A DNA stretch of 64,000 nt from NCBI GenBank assembly GCA_963755195.1, contig CAVWIZ010000001.1, positions 969,352 to 1,033,351 of the forward strand, in the 5' to 3' direction. The notes below the pieces were generated by a model that was given only the letters and a program-made list of their open reading frames with translations, made no database searches and was not told the DNA's origin. The DNA comes from an uncultured Acidobacteriota bacterium (GTDB lineage Bacteria; Acidobacteriota; Vicinamibacteria; Vicinamibacterales; CAVVIG01). The translations under genes were made by a program, and so were the position numbers. Below, piece after piece: positions 10,521 to 20,189 of this stretch (position 1 is the first letter of the stretch; every line of letters starts with the position of its first letter).

Positions 10521-10853
10521 ATGTTTCGACGAACGGTTGTCGTCTGCGCGTTCGGCCTTCTGCTGGCGGCGCCCGCCGCTGCGCAGGACCTCAAGGCCAA
10601 GGGTATGCAGATCTTTACCAATCAGAAGTGTGCGCTCTGTCATTCAGTCGCGGGCAAGGGCAACGCGAAGGGACCCATGGACGATGTCGGAAGCCGCCTG
10701 TCACCGGCCGACATCCGGGCCTGGATTGTCGATGCCAACGCGATGACCGCCAAGTCGGGTGCGACGCGGAAGCCCCCGATGAAGCAATACACCCTGGCGG
10801 CCGACGACGTCGATGCGCTGGTGGCGTACATCTCGACGTTGAAGAAGAAGTAG
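10521..10853 (+). CDS. Monoheme class I cytochrome c
   Basis: GGAGG RBS, signal peptide MFRRTVVVCAFGLLLAAPAAA, CALCH, distal Met in KPPMK. Confidence 0.9.
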   Translation: MFRRTVVVCAFGLLLAAPAAAQDLKAKGMQIFTNQKCALCHSVAGKGNAKGPMDDVGSRLSPADIRAWIVDANAMTAKSGATRKPPMKQYTLAADDVDALVAYISTLKKK

Positions 10854-10855
10854 GT

Positions 10856-11539
10856 TCAGGCTTCGTCGAGTTTGAGCGCGCCGGTGTAGAGCGCCATTCC
10901 AACCACTGAGTCCACTCGCAGGGCGTCCAGATCGTCAATCTCCTCCTGCGTGGTGATGCCGCCGGCCGCGGTGACGCGGCGTGTCGTGGCGTTCCGGACG
11001 GCGAGGATCGCGTGGCGATCGGTTCCGCGCATCAGCCCCTCGGCATCCACGTGGGTGTAGAGAAACTCCCCGCAGTAGGGTTCGAGCGCGCGGACCGCAT
11101 CGACGGCGCTGAGGGGAAGTTGCGTCTTCCAGCCGTGAATCACGACCTGGCCGCCGCGGCTGTCGACGGCGGCAATCACGTGTTCCACGCCCACGGCATC
11201 GGCCAGTCGTTTCGCGAAGCCGACATCGGGCCGTCCGTCCTTGAAGAGCGACGACCCGGCAATGATTTGCCGAGCACCCGCGGCCAGCACGTCCTGTGCG
11301 CGCTCGACGGTGCGAATGCCGCCGCCGACGCGGCACGAAAGCGCTGCCGCGATTTGCCGGACGATGCCCAGGTTGTCGCCTTTGCCCATGGCGGCGTCCA
11401 GATCGATGACCTGCACTTTGGGAAAGCGTTCGAACCGCCGCACCCAGCGAAACACGTCCTCGTCTCTGACGGCGAGGCGCTCGCCCTGGACCAACTGGAC
11501 GACGGCGCCGTCCTGGAGATCGATTGAAGGAATCAACAC
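10856..11539 (-). CDS. hisA: ProFAR isomerase HisA
   Basis: IPSIDL..G..VQL, VGGGIR, AAGGI; last gene of the his operon. Confidence 0.88.
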   Translation of the reverse strand: MLIPSIDLQDGAVVQLVQGERLAVRDEDVFRWVRRFERFPKVQVIDLDAAMGKGDNLGIVRQIAAALSCRVGGGIRTVERAQDVLAAGARQIIAGSSLFKDGRPDVGFAKRLADAVGVEHVIAAVDSRGGQVVIHGWKTQLPLSAVDAVRALEPYCGEFLYTHVDAEGLMRGTDRHAILAVRNATTRRVTAAGGITTQEEIDDLDALRVDSVVGMALYTGALKLDEA

Positions 11540-11549
11540 GGGTTGTCCT

Positions 11550-12311
11550 TCACAGCCTCACAGGAATGCCGGCGGCGTGCAGGTGCATCTTGAGGTTCCG
11601 CACGCTGGTTTCGGCGTAGTGAAAAACCGACGCGGCCAGGGCGGCGTCGGCGCGGCCGCTGGTGAACACCTCGGTGAAGTGGTCGAGCGTGCCGGCGCCG
11701 CCCGAGGCAATGACCGGAATCGAGACGGCCTTCGAGACGGCCGCCGTCAGCTCGCAGTCGAAGCCGACCTTCGTGCCGTCGCGGTCGATCGACGTCAGCA
11801 GGATTTCGCCGGCGCCCCGGTCTTCGGCTTCGCGCGCCCACTCGACGGCCTCGCGGTCGGCCGCCGCCTGTCCGCTGCGCGCGTACACCGCAAACCGGCC
11901 GCTCGTGCCCACGCGCTTGGCGTCGATGGCGACGACGACGGCCTGGCTGCCGTAGCGCTCGGCCAGCGTCGTGATGAGCGACGGATTCGAGAGGGCCGCC
12001 GTGTTCAGGCTGACCTTGTCCGCGCCGGCGTCAACGGCGGCCGCGCCGTCGCTTTCGGTGCGGATGCCGCCGCCGACGGCCAGCGGGATGAACAGCTCGC
12101 GCGCGACGGCCCGGATGGTGTCGGCGAGCGCCCGTCGCCGCTCGATGGTCGCCGTGATATCGAGGATGACGAGCTCGTCGATGCCTTCCGCGTTGTAGCG
12201 CCGCGCGAGCTCGGCCGGATCGCCGGCCGTCCGCAGTCCTTCGAAGTTCACGCCCTTGACCACCTGGCCGTCGCGGACGTCGAGACAGGCGATGATGCGT
12301 TTGGACAGCAT
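11550..12311 (-). CDS. hisF: Imidazole glycerol phosphate synthase cyclase subunit
   Basis: [39 protein letters not shown]. Confidence 0.97.
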   Translation of the reverse strand: MLSKRIIACLDVRDGQVVKGVNFEGLRTAGDPAELARRYNAEGIDELVILDITATIERRRALADTIRAVARELFIPLAVGGGIRTESDGAAAVDAGADKVSLNTAALSNPSLITTLAERYGSQAVVVAIDAKRVGTSGRFAVYARSGQAAADREAVEWAREAEDRGAGEILLTSIDRDGTKVGFDCELTAAVSKAVSIPVIASGGAGTLDHFTEVFTSGRADAALAASVFHYAETSVRNLKMHLHAAGIPVRL

Positions 12312-12317
12312 GGCCGG

Positions 12318-12980
12318 CTATCCCGCCAGGCTCAGGAAATTGCGCAGCACCTGCAGTCCGACGTCGCCAGACTTCTCCGGATGGAACTGGACGCCGGCCA
12401 CGTGGCCTCGCTGGACGATGGCGGCAAACGGCTCGCCGTGTTCGGTCACGGCCACGGTGTCGCCGGCCACCGGCGCGACGAAGCTGTGCGTGAAGTACAC
12501 CTGGGCGCCGGGCGCGATGCCATCCACGATCGACGCGTGGCCTCGCAGATCGAGCGAGTTCCAGCCCACGTGGGGAACTTTTACGACTCCGGGGGCCCCT
12601 GCCCCCCGGACAGGCTCCGCGGGGGCCCCACCCCGCTCCGCCGCTCGACTGAGTCCGCCGTTCAATCGATAGCATCGACCGCTGAAGAGACCGAGCCCTG
12701 GAAGATCGGGCGCTTCCTCGCTCCCCTCGAACAGCCACTGCATGCCCAGGCAGATGCCGAGCAGCGGCCGCCCTTCGCCGACGCGCGCGAGAATCGCGTC
12801 AATCCAATCCTGTCCGAGCGCGCGGGTGGCGCCGAAGTGTCCGACGCCCGGTACGACGACCGCCGCGGCATCGGCGATCTCATTCGCGCTGGCCGGCGTA
12901 AACAGGTCCGCGCCAAGGGAGGCAAACGCCTTGCGCACCGACGTGAGGTTGCCGGCGTGGTAGTCGATGAGGGCGATCAG
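12318..12980 (-). CDS. hisH: Imidazole glycerol phosphate synthase glutaminase subunit
   Basis: [14 protein letters not shown] extends upstream of the track ORF to CTG 12980. PGVGHF, GICLGMQ, VPHVGWN, QFHPEKS. Confidence 0.95.
   Translation of the reverse strand: MIALIDYHAGNLTSVRKAFASLGADLFTPASANEIADAAAVVVPGVGHFGATRALGQDWIDAILARVGEGRPLLGICLGMQWLFEGSEEAPDLPGLGLFSGRCYRLNGGLSRAAERGGAPAEPVRGAGAPGVVKVPHVGWNSLDLRGHASIVDGIAPGAQVYFTHSFVAPVAGDTVAVTEHGEPFAAIVQRGHVAGVQFHPEKSGDVGLQVLRNFLSLAG
12585..12655. repeat. GC-rich palindromic (REP-like) element inserted in frame in hisH
   Basis: GACTC...GAGTC closing stem with internal hairpins TCCGGGGG/CCCCCGGA and GCGGGG/CCCCGC. Encodes [23 protein letters not shown]. 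Confidence 0.6.
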
Positions 12981-13564
12981 AGGAGACCTTTCGTGCTCGG
13001 CAGCATCCGCGCGAGCCGCTTGTCTTTCGAGCAGGCGACGCGCAGCGCCCGGGCGAACGCCTTGAACACCGCTTCGACGTGGTGATGACTCGAGCGGCCG
13101 TAGAGCACTTTGACGTGCACGTTGGCCCGCGCGCCGATCGCGAAGCCCTCGAAAAAATCGTGCACGAGCTCGGTCTGCAGATCGCCCACGCGAGCGGCCT
13201 TCACCTTCAGATCGACGACGGCGTGCGGCCGCCCGCCGAGGTCGATCGCGGCCACGGCCAGCGTTTCGTCCATCGGCATGACGAAATAGCCGGCCCGGTT
13301 GATGCCGCGGCGCGCGCCGAGGGCGCTCGACACCGCCTCGCCGAGGGCGATGCCGAGATCCTCCACCGTGTGGTGCTGATCGACGTCGAGGTCGCCGGTG
13401 GCCTCAATCCGCAAGTCGAATGCGCCGTGCCGCGCCACGAGCTCCAGCATGTGATCGAGGAAGCGGATGCCGGTGCGCACGGCGTACCGTCCCTTGCCGT
13501 CGAGCGCGAGCGTCATCGCGATTGACGTCTCCGACGTCTTGCGATCGATCACCGCTCGGCGCAC
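12977..13564 (-). CDS. hisB: Imidazoleglycerol-phosphate dehydratase
   Basis: [37 protein letters not shown]. Confidence 0.97.
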   Translation of the reverse strand: MRRAVIDRKTSETSIAMTLALDGKGRYAVRTGIRFLDHMLELVARHGAFDLRIEATGDLDVDQHHTVEDLGIALGEAVSSALGARRGINRAGYFVMPMDETLAVAAIDLGGRPHAVVDLKVKAARVGDLQTELVHDFFEGFAIGARANVHVKVLYGRSSHHHVEAVFKAFARALRVACSKDKRLARMLPSTKGLL

Positions 13565-14682
13565 AAGACCTCCTCGATGACGTCGATGGCGTGCTTCGTG
13601 TGCTCGACGAGCCCCGTCGCGATGCGCAGGCAGCCCTCGCAGCCAGGCTCGGTCGATCGATTGCTCAGGTAGACGCCGCGTGCGCGCGCGCCGTCAATCA
13701 CGTCGCCGACGCGGTCGCCGACGCGCACCAGTACGAAATTCGCGTCGCTCGGCCAAAACACCAGGCCGAGCCGTTCGCACGCCGAATAGAGCAAGGCCTT
13801 CGAGGCGGTGACCTGTCGCAAGTACTCGCGAAGGTAGTCGACGTCAGCGAGGGCCGCCCGGAGTGCGACGACGGCGGCGATGTTGACGCTGTACACGGGG
13901 ATGGCGTACCGCACCGGGTCGAGCGCAACGGGCGCTCCCACCATGGCGCCGACGCGGAGACCAGCCAGGCCGTAAGCCTTCGAAAAGGTGCGGCCGACGA
14001 TGACGTTCGGAAACGAGGACAATTCGGGAATGAAGCTGCGCCCAGCAAATTCTGCGTACGCCTCGTCGACGAACACCACCGCGTCTTTCGGCACGCGTCC
14101 GGCGATCGTGGCGATCGCGTCGAGCGGCATCGAGACGCCCGTGGGGTTGTTCGGATTCGTGAGGAAGACCACACGAGTCTGCGGCGTGATGGCCGCCAGC
14201 ATATCGTCGAGAGCAAAGCGGAAATCCGGCTTCGGCATCAGCTGCACGAGACGCCCGCCGGCCACCGCTGTATCGAAGCGAAAGATTTCGAACGCGGGCT
14301 CCGGCACGATTGCTTCCGGAACAAGAGGGCTCCCAGCCGAGGGCCGAAGGTAGGCGACGGCGAGCGCCATGATGCCCTCGTCGAGTCCGTTGACGAGGGT
14401 GAGGCGATCGGCGGTCACGCCGAGGTAGCGCGCGCAGGCGCCGGTGACTGCTTCGTACGGCGGATAGAACCCAATCTCTTCAGGCCGGAGTCTGGCGAGG
14501 GCCTCGAGGACGCGCGGCGAGCAGCCGCCCGTGTTTTCGTTCTGGTGCAGACGCAGACCGTCGTAGATCTCGGGCGGCTTCACGTATTGGGCTTTCACCG
14601 AGGGTGTAGGGGCCGCTGCGGAGGGCTGCGGGCCCCCTGCCGAGGGCTGAGGGCTAAGGGCCGAGGGCTGGTTGAATTTCAC
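13549..14682 (-). CDS. hisC: Histidinol-phosphate aminotransferase
   Basis: [40 protein letters not shown] 14682 overlaps the hisD stop. Confidence 0.93.
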   Translation of the reverse strand: MKFNQPSALSPQPSAGGPQPSAAAPTPSVKAQYVKPPEIYDGLRLHQNENTGGCSPRVLEALARLRPEEIGFYPPYEAVTGACARYLGVTADRLTLVNGLDEGIMALAVAYLRPSAGSPLVPEAIVPEPAFEIFRFDTAVAGGRLVQLMPKPDFRFALDDMLAAITPQTRVVFLTNPNNPTGVSMPLDAIATIAGRVPKDAVVFVDEAYAEFAGRSFIPELSSFPNVIVGRTFSKAYGLAGLRVGAMVGAPVALDPVRYAIPVYSVNIAAVVALRAALADVDYLREYLRQVTASKALLYSACERLGLVFWPSDANFVLVRVGDRVGDVIDGARARGVYLSNRSTEPGCEGCLRIATGLVEHTKHAIDVIEEVLCAER

Positions 14683-15911
14683 AGGCGAACCTCGATCGAC
14701 TCGGCGTGAGCGGTCAGTCCCTCGGCGTTGGCGAGCGGCACGGCGATCGGCGCCAGGCGGGCGAGCCCCGCGCGCGTGACCCGTTGCACCGACATCACCC
14801 GCACGAAATCGGCCGCGCTCAAACCGCCGCGGAACCGCGATGCTCCGGCGGTTGGCAGCACGTGGTTCGAGCCGGTGGCGTAATCGCCGGCGGCTTGCGC
14901 GGAGTAGGGACCGATGAATACCGCGCCGGCGGTGAGCGGACGGCGGGCCAGCGATTCCCGATCGATCACGAGATGCTCTGGCGCCATTCGGTTGGCGAGG
15001 GCGACCGCCTCGTCGGCCGACCCCGTCACGACGATGGCGCCGTGCGCCTCGAGCGACCGTTGGACGATGTCGCGTCCGATGGCGGCGCGCGTGACGGCGC
15101 GCGCGACGCGCGCGGCCAGCGCCCGGCTCCACGTGATGAAGATCGATCGTGCGTCGGGGTCGTGCTCGGCCTGGGCCACGAGGTCCGCGGCCATCCAGTC
15201 CGGGCGTCCTGCCCCGGCGACGATCACGATTTCAGTCGGGCCCGCATAGAAGTCGATGGCGCAGGCGCCGGCGACGTAGGCCTTCGCCGCCGCGACGAAC
15301 CGGTTGCCCGGGCCGACGATCTTGTCCACACGCGGGACGGTCCTGGTGCCGTACGCAAGCGCGGCGATTGCGTGCGCGCCGCCGATGCGGAACAGCCGCG
15401 TCACGCCCGCTTCGAGTGCCGCCGCCATGACGGCCGGTTCGGGCCGCGGGCACATGACGATCACCTCGCGCACGCCGGCCACGCGCGCCGGCACCGTCGT
15501 CATGAGGAGCGATGAGGGCAGCGGAAATCGCCCGCCCGGCACGTAGCAGCCCACGCGTGCGAGAGGCTCGACCCGCTGTTCGACCGAAACCCCGGGCATC
15601 ACGGCGAGATCCCAGTGCTTCGGAATCTGCCGGAACGCGACGCGCGCGATGTTGCGCGCCGCCTGTCGAATGGCGCGGCGCACCTCGGGCGCCACTCGCG
15701 CGGCCTCGTCGCGCATCTGGTCGGCCGACACTTCGAGCGCCCCGTACGTGCCATCGAATCGTCGCGCGAACCCCTCCAGCGCGTAATCGCCGCCCTTGCG
15801 CACGCGATCCACGATGCCGTGCACGCGCCGCTCAAAGGCGCGGTCGCCCCGGCCGTCACGCGCCAGCAGCGCGTCCACCTGTTTCGTGTTGCGCCCGTCG
15901 ATAATCCTCAC
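14679..15911 (-). CDS. hisD: Histidinol dehydrogenase
   Basis: [51 protein letters not shown]. Confidence 0.97.
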   Translation of the reverse strand: MRIIDGRNTKQVDALLARDGRGDRAFERRVHGIVDRVRKGGDYALEGFARRFDGTYGALEVSADQMRDEAARVAPEVRRAIRQAARNIARVAFRQIPKHWDLAVMPGVSVEQRVEPLARVGCYVPGGRFPLPSSLLMTTVPARVAGVREVIVMCPRPEPAVMAAALEAGVTRLFRIGGAHAIAALAYGTRTVPRVDKIVGPGNRFVAAAKAYVAGACAIDFYAGPTEIVIVAGAGRPDWMAADLVAQAEHDPDARSIFITWSRALAARVARAVTRAAIGRDIVQRSLEAHGAIVVTGSADEAVALANRMAPEHLVIDRESLARRPLTAGAVFIGPYSAQAAGDYATGSNHVLPTAGASRFRGGLSAADFVRVMSVQRVTRAGLARLAPIAVPLANAEGLTAHAESIEVRL

Positions 15912-15919
15912 GCGTTCGT

Positions 15920-15970
15920 CCTGTCCCTTCCGCCCTGCCTGCCTGCCCCCGCCCGACCTGCCCGACCTGC
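15920..15970. repeat. Degenerate CCTGCC-rich tandem repeat, complement of the 1833-1875 family
   Basis: cctgtcccttccgccctgcctgcctgccccgcccgacctgcccgacctgc between hisG and hisD. Confidence 0.5.
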
Positions 15971-16858
15971 CTAGAGAACGATCTTATTCAGCGGGTATTC
16001 GACGATTCCCTGCGCCCGCGCGGCCTTCAGTTTCGGAATGAGATCGCGCACGGTCTTTTCCTCGATGATCGTGTTCACCGCCACCCACTCGTTGTCGCTC
16101 AGCGCGGAAATCGTGGGGCGCTGCAGAGCCGGCAGAAGGGCGAGGACCGCCGTGAGATCGGCGGACCGCACGTTCAACATCAGCCCGACGCGTCCTTGCG
16201 CCTCGATGGCCGCCCTGAGCAGGAGGGCCAGATTCTCGATCTTCGTCCGCTTCGCCGCATCGGCCCACGTCTGCTTGTTGGCGATGAGCTGCGTGTTCGA
16301 CTCCATGACGGTGTCGATGATTCGCAGACGGTTCGCGCGCAGCGTCGATCCGGTTTCGGTGGCTTCGACAATCGCGTCCGCGAGCACGGGCGGCTTCACT
16401 TCGGTGGCGCCCCACGAGAACTCGACCTTGACCTTGACATTCTGGCGTTCGAAGTACGCCCGTGTGACCCGAACCAGTTCGGTCGCAATGGTCTTGCCCT
16501 CGAGATCCTTCGCGGAGTGCACGGCCGACTCCTCCGGCGCCGCCAGCACCCAGCGGACTTTGCCGAAGCTCTGCTTGGCGTAGATGAGATCGGCGACCGT
16601 TTCGAGGGCGCCCGTCTTGCCGTCACCCAGTTCGTGTTCGGCAATCCAGTCCTGGCCGGTGAGGCCCGCGTCGAGCACGCCGTCGGAGACGTATCGCGCC
16701 ATCTCCTGTGCGCGAATCAGCATGCACTCGATGTCGGGATCGTCGATCGACGGGAAGTACGATCGCGAGCTGACGTAGATATTGAAGCCCGCGCGCGCGA
16801 AGAGCTGGACGGTGGCGTCCTGGAGCGAACCCTTGGGTATGCCGAGCTTGAGTTTCAT
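15971..16858 (-). CDS. hisG: ATP phosphoribosyltransferase (long form)
   Basis: [31 protein letters not shown]-terminal regulatory domain. ATGA overlap with hisI. Confidence 0.96.
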   Translation of the reverse strand: MKLKLGIPKGSLQDATVQLFARAGFNIYVSSRSYFPSIDDPDIECMLIRAQEMARYVSDGVLDAGLTGQDWIAEHELGDGKTGALETVADLIYAKQSFGKVRWVLAAPEESAVHSAKDLEGKTIATELVRVTRAYFERQNVKVKVEFSWGATEVKPPVLADAIVEATETGSTLRANRLRIIDTVMESNTQLIANKQTWADAAKRTKIENLALLLRAAIEAQGRVGLMLNVRSADLTAVLALLPALQRPTISALSDNEWVAVNTIIEEKTVRDLIPKLKAARAQGIVEYPLNKIVL

Positions 16859-17172
16859 GTCTCGTTCAGCTTCCGAAAAAAGCACGTGCGCTCGCCCGTG
16901 TGGCAGACGTTGCCGTCGCCCAGCCTCTTCACCTTCACGAGGACGGTGTCATCGTCGCAATCGACGAGGAGTTCGGTCACCTCGAGCCGGTTGCCCGACG
17001 TTTCACCCTTCGTCCACAGACTGTTGCGCGACCGGCTGAAGAACGTCGCGAACCCGGTGCGCCGGGTGTGCGCGAGCGCTTCGTCGTTCATGAAGCCGAC
17101 CATCAGGACCTCGGAGGTCTCCGCGTCCTGGATGACGGCTGGAATCAGGCCTTGCAGTTTTGAATAGTCCAT
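16855..17172 (-). CDS. hisI: Phosphoribosyl-AMP cyclohydrolase (monofunctional)
   Basis: [37 protein letters not shown]. Confidence 0.96.
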   Translation of the reverse strand: MDYSKLQGLIPAVIQDAETSEVLMVGFMNDEALAHTRRTGFATFFSRSRNSLWTKGETSGNRLEVTELLVDCDDDTVLVKVKRLGDGNVCHTGERTCFFRKLNET

Positions 17173-17176
17173 AAAC

Positions 17177-17206
17177 AAAAAACCCCGCCGGTTGGGGCGG
17201 GGTTGC
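17177..17206 (-). terminator. Attenuator terminator of the his operon
   Basis: Minus strand AACCCCGCC-ccaacc-GGCGGGGTT followed by TTTTGTTT directly before the hisI ATG. Confidence 0.85.
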
Positions 17207-17240
17207 TGTGCTGTTTTCGGGTGAGGATGCCGACCCTAGA

Positions 17241-17309
17241 TCACGCGCAACTCCGCCTGCTTACGCCTCGGTGGCTATGGGAATGCGCATGATGGCGGCG
17301 GTCAAACAC
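17241..17309 (-). CDS. hisL: His operon leader peptide (22 aa, 5 His)
   Basis: GTG TTT GAC CGC CGC CAT CAT GCG CAT TCC CAT AGC CAC...TGA = MFDRRHHAHSHSHRGVSRRSCA, upstream of a terminator/antiterminator pair. Confidence 0.85.
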   Translation of the reverse strand: MFDRRHHAHSHSHRGVSRRSCA

Positions 17310-17378
17310 GTCTGAAAGACTATCCGTTCGCAATTGGCGCTGTCAAATCCGTGCGTTTCGCGCGACGATGCCAGAGAA

Positions 17379-18599
17379 GTGCGGATCCTGTTCGCCCCTT
17401 ACGGCACCCGCGGCGACGTGCAGCCGCTGATACCGCTCGCGATGGCGCTTCGGGCCCGCGGGTACCAGATCCGTTTCGTCGTTCCCGCCAACTCCGTCGC
17501 ATGGGTGAGCGGTCTCGGGTTTTCCTGTGAGTCGAACGGCGTCGATGTCGAGGCGGAAGTGCGGGCCATCGAAAGCGACGTCTGGGCCATGCGCCGCCAC
17601 GTGCGCCGCATGGGTGATGAGATCATGCCCCGTTTGTTCGACTCCGTCTCGCGCGCGGCCGCGGACACCGAGCTGCTCGTCAGCAGCGGCGTGCCGCTCG
17701 TCGCTCCGTCGGTGGCCGAGTCTCGCGGCATCCCGAATGTGTATGCGATGTTTTGTCCGGCGGCGCTGCCCAATCGGGAAAGCCCTCCGCCGGTGTTCGA
17801 GCGCCAGACGCTCCCGCGATGGGTGAACCGAACGCTGTGGCGAATGTTGGGGCCCGTCGGCGACCTTGTTCTGCGCACCCCCATCAACAGAGGCCGTGCC
17901 CGGCTCGGCCTGCCTCCCACGCCGAGTCCGATGGCAGCCCTGATGGGTGTTCCGATACTGGTTGCGGCAGATCCGGATCTCGCGCCGCTCGCGGCCGGCG
18001 CGCCTGCAACGGCCCGGCAGACCGGCCCGTGGATTTTTCGCGACCCGAGCGTCCTCGAGCCGCGCGTCGAGGCGTTTCTTCGCGAAGGACCGCCTCCGGT
18101 CTACGTCGGCTTCGGCAGCATGGTCGCGCGCAAGTCGCTGGGACTCGCTCAACTTGTGATTCAGGCCGCGCGATCGGTGGGTTGCCGCCTGATCGTCGCC
18201 GGCGGCTGGGCGTCGCTCGACGTGGGACTGGCCGGTCTCGACGGCGTGCTTGCGATTCCGGAGGCGCCGCACGACCAGTTGTTCTCCCGGGTTGCGGCCG
18301 CCGTGCACCATGGCGGCGCCGGGACGACGACCGCTGCGGCGCGAGCGGGAATCCCGCAGGTCATCGTCCCGCACATACTCGATCAGTTCTACTGGGCGCG
18401 TCGCGTCGAGCTGCTCGAGCTTGGCCCCGAGGCCTTGCCTGTCGCTCGCGTCACCGCGGACGCGCTGGCGACGCGAATGGCCGCCGTGCTCAACGAGGCG
18501 CGGTTTCGCGATCACGCGCGCGCCCTGGGGCTGCGAGCTGCCGACCGCGACGGCGTGCCGGCGGCGGTTCAGTACCTCGAACGTGTGCTGAAGCACTGA
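17379..18599 (+). CDS. Glycosyltransferase family 1 (sterol/GtfA-like UDP-glycosyltransferase)
   Basis: GTRGDVQP, PVYVGFGSM, VHHGGAGTT, DQFYWA. Confidence 0.9.
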   Translation: MRILFAPYGTRGDVQPLIPLAMALRARGYQIRFVVPANSVAWVSGLGFSCESNGVDVEAEVRAIESDVWAMRRHVRRMGDEIMPRLFDSVSRAAADTELLVSSGVPLVAPSVAESRGIPNVYAMFCPAALPNRESPPPVFERQTLPRWVNRTLWRMLGPVGDLVLRTPINRGRARLGLPPTPSPMAALMGVPILVAADPDLAPLAAGAPATARQTGPWIFRDPSVLEPRVEAFLREGPPPVYVGFGSMVARKSLGLAQLVIQAARSVGCRLIVAGGWASLDVGLAGLDGVLAIPEAPHDQLFSRVAAAVHHGGAGTTTAAARAGIPQVIVPHILDQFYWARRVELLELGPEALPVARVTADALATRMAAVLNEARFRDHARALGLRAADRDGVPAAVQYLERVLKH

Positions 18600-18698
18600 C
18601 GCCGCCACCGACCGAGCGACCGATCGACCCCGCGTGATGCCAGCGAAAAGGTGTATCTTTTTGAAGGCGAGGGCGACGCGCTCTCGATTGGAGGGGAC

Positions 18699-19604
18699 GT
18701 GCGATTCGTGATTCTGCTGGCCACTGTCGCCGTTGCGGTTTTCAGTGCGCCGCGATCGCTGGCGCAATCGTTCAACGCGCCGGCGGGAACCGTTCCGGCC
18801 CCCGACCCGGACGTTCCGCTCTACTTCGAAGTCGCTTCCATCAAGCCGAGTAACGCAGCGAACCCGGGCATGGGCATCCGGCGTCAACCCGGCGGACGCT
18901 TCAATACGGTCAACACGCCGATCAACCGGCTGATCATCTTCGCCTATCAGATTCAGGACTTTCAGTTGGTCGGAGGGCCGGGCTGGATCTCCAGCGACCG
19001 ATTCGACATCGTCGCGAAAATGAATGGAGATCCGCCCCCGATCGTTCCCGGATCCGGCGCCGATCACATGATGCTCGCGATGCGAACGCTGCTGGCCGAT
19101 CGCTTCAAGCTCGTCGTGCACCGCGAAACGCGACAGCTCGACATCTATGCGCTCACCATGGCGAAGCCCGATGGGAAACCAGGCCCCGCGCTGAAGCCGG
19201 CCTCCGGGGATTGCTCCCCGGCGGCGTTTGCCGGCCGGCGGGGAGGTCCGCCTCCGGCCGGCGGCCCGCCTCCCGTCGTGTGCGGAATACAGGGGGGACC
19301 CGGCAGAATCCGTTTCGGAGGATTTCCACTCTCGTTGTTCGCGACCGGCATTTCGAATCGCGTCGGACGGTTCGTCGTCGATCGCACGGGCCTGACGGGC
19401 AACTGGGAATTCGAGTTGTCGTTTGCCGCGGACGTGCCGCCGCCTGGTGCGCTTCCCCCGGGCGTCACGCCACCGGCCGTTGATCCGGACGCGCCGGACC
19501 TGTTCACCGCCGTGCGGGAACAGCTCGGGCTCAAGCTCGAATCGACGAAAGGCCCAGTCGAAGTCCTCGTCGTTGACAGCGTCCAGCAACCGACGCTCGA
19601 CTGA
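18699..19604 (+). CDS. TIGR03435 (DUF3738)-family secreted protein
   Basis: FEVASIKP, GGPGWI..DRFDIVAK, LLADRFKL, VVDRTGLTG, FTAVREQLGLKLE. Confidence 0.9.
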   Translation: MRFVILLATVAVAVFSAPRSLAQSFNAPAGTVPAPDPDVPLYFEVASIKPSNAANPGMGIRRQPGGRFNTVNTPINRLIIFAYQIQDFQLVGGPGWISSDRFDIVAKMNGDPPPIVPGSGADHMMLAMRTLLADRFKLVVHRETRQLDIYALTMAKPDGKPGPALKPASGDCSPAAFAGRRGGPPPAGGPPPVVCGIQGGPGRIRFGGFPLSLFATGISNRVGRFVVDRTGLTGNWEFELSFAADVPPPGALPPGVTPPAVDPDAPDLFTAVREQLGLKLESTKGPVEVLVVDSVQQPTLD

Positions 19605-19673
19605 GGGCACGCCTCGCGGAGTCGGCCTCCGATGGCCGATAGCCAGTCCGGACCTTCGTCGCGGGTCATTCCC

Positions 19674-19704
19674 TTGACCAGTTGTACTAATACACTAGTA
19701 TAAT
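19674..19704 (+). promoter_or_regulatory. Promoter with overlapping GntR/YtrA-type operator
   Basis: TTGACC and TATAAT, with TATAAT 6 nt before ATG 19711. Palindrome TGTACTA-N6-TAGTATA overlaps the -10. Confidence 0.65.
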
Positions 19705-19710
19705 AGGGCA

Positions 19711-20154
19711 ATGGCGAAGGGACCGCAGGATTACCACTTCCGCCTATCGCCGGCTCGGGTACCGCCTCTGGTATCGCCTCTGGTAACGATCGACGCGAGC
19801 GATCCCACGCCGATCTACGCCCAGCTCGAGAGAGGCCTGCGGGCCGCCATCGCCGCCGGGCGCCTGCGAATCGGCGACCAGTTGCCGACCGTCCGTCAGC
19901 TCGCCGTCGAGTTACGGGTCAATGCCAATACCGTCGCGCGCGTCTACGCCGAGCTCGAGCGGAGCGGTGTTCTCGAGACGCGCCGTGGCGTGGGATCGTT
20001 TGTCCGCGCCAGTCGCGCCGAAGTGCGGCAGCCGGACGAGCACAACCGTCGGCTGCGCGCGTTCGCCACGCGAGTGCTGTCGGACGCCGCCGCTCAGGGG
20101 TTCACCGCCGCGGACGTCGCCGCGGCGCTCAGGGAGTATCGCTCAACGAAGTAG
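19711..20154 (+). CDS. GntR-family (YtrA-like) transcriptional regulator
   Basis: PIYAQL, GDQLPTVRQLA..L.VNANTVARVY, RRGVGSFV, short C-terminal domain. Confidence 0.92.
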   Translation: MAKGPQDYHFRLSPARVPPLVSPLVTIDASDPTPIYAQLERGLRAAIAAGRLRIGDQLPTVRQLAVELRVNANTVARVYAELERSGVLETRRGVGSFVRASRAEVRQPDEHNRRLRAFATRVLSDAAAQGFTAADVAAALREYRSTK

Positions 20155-20189
20155 CGCCGGCCGCAAGGCCTGCTGCAAAGGAGTCTGCC

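Noticed and set aside
13549-15132. 527-aa HisC
   Set aside because: The upstream part overlaps hisD out of frame. GTG 14682 at the hisD stop is the plausible start.
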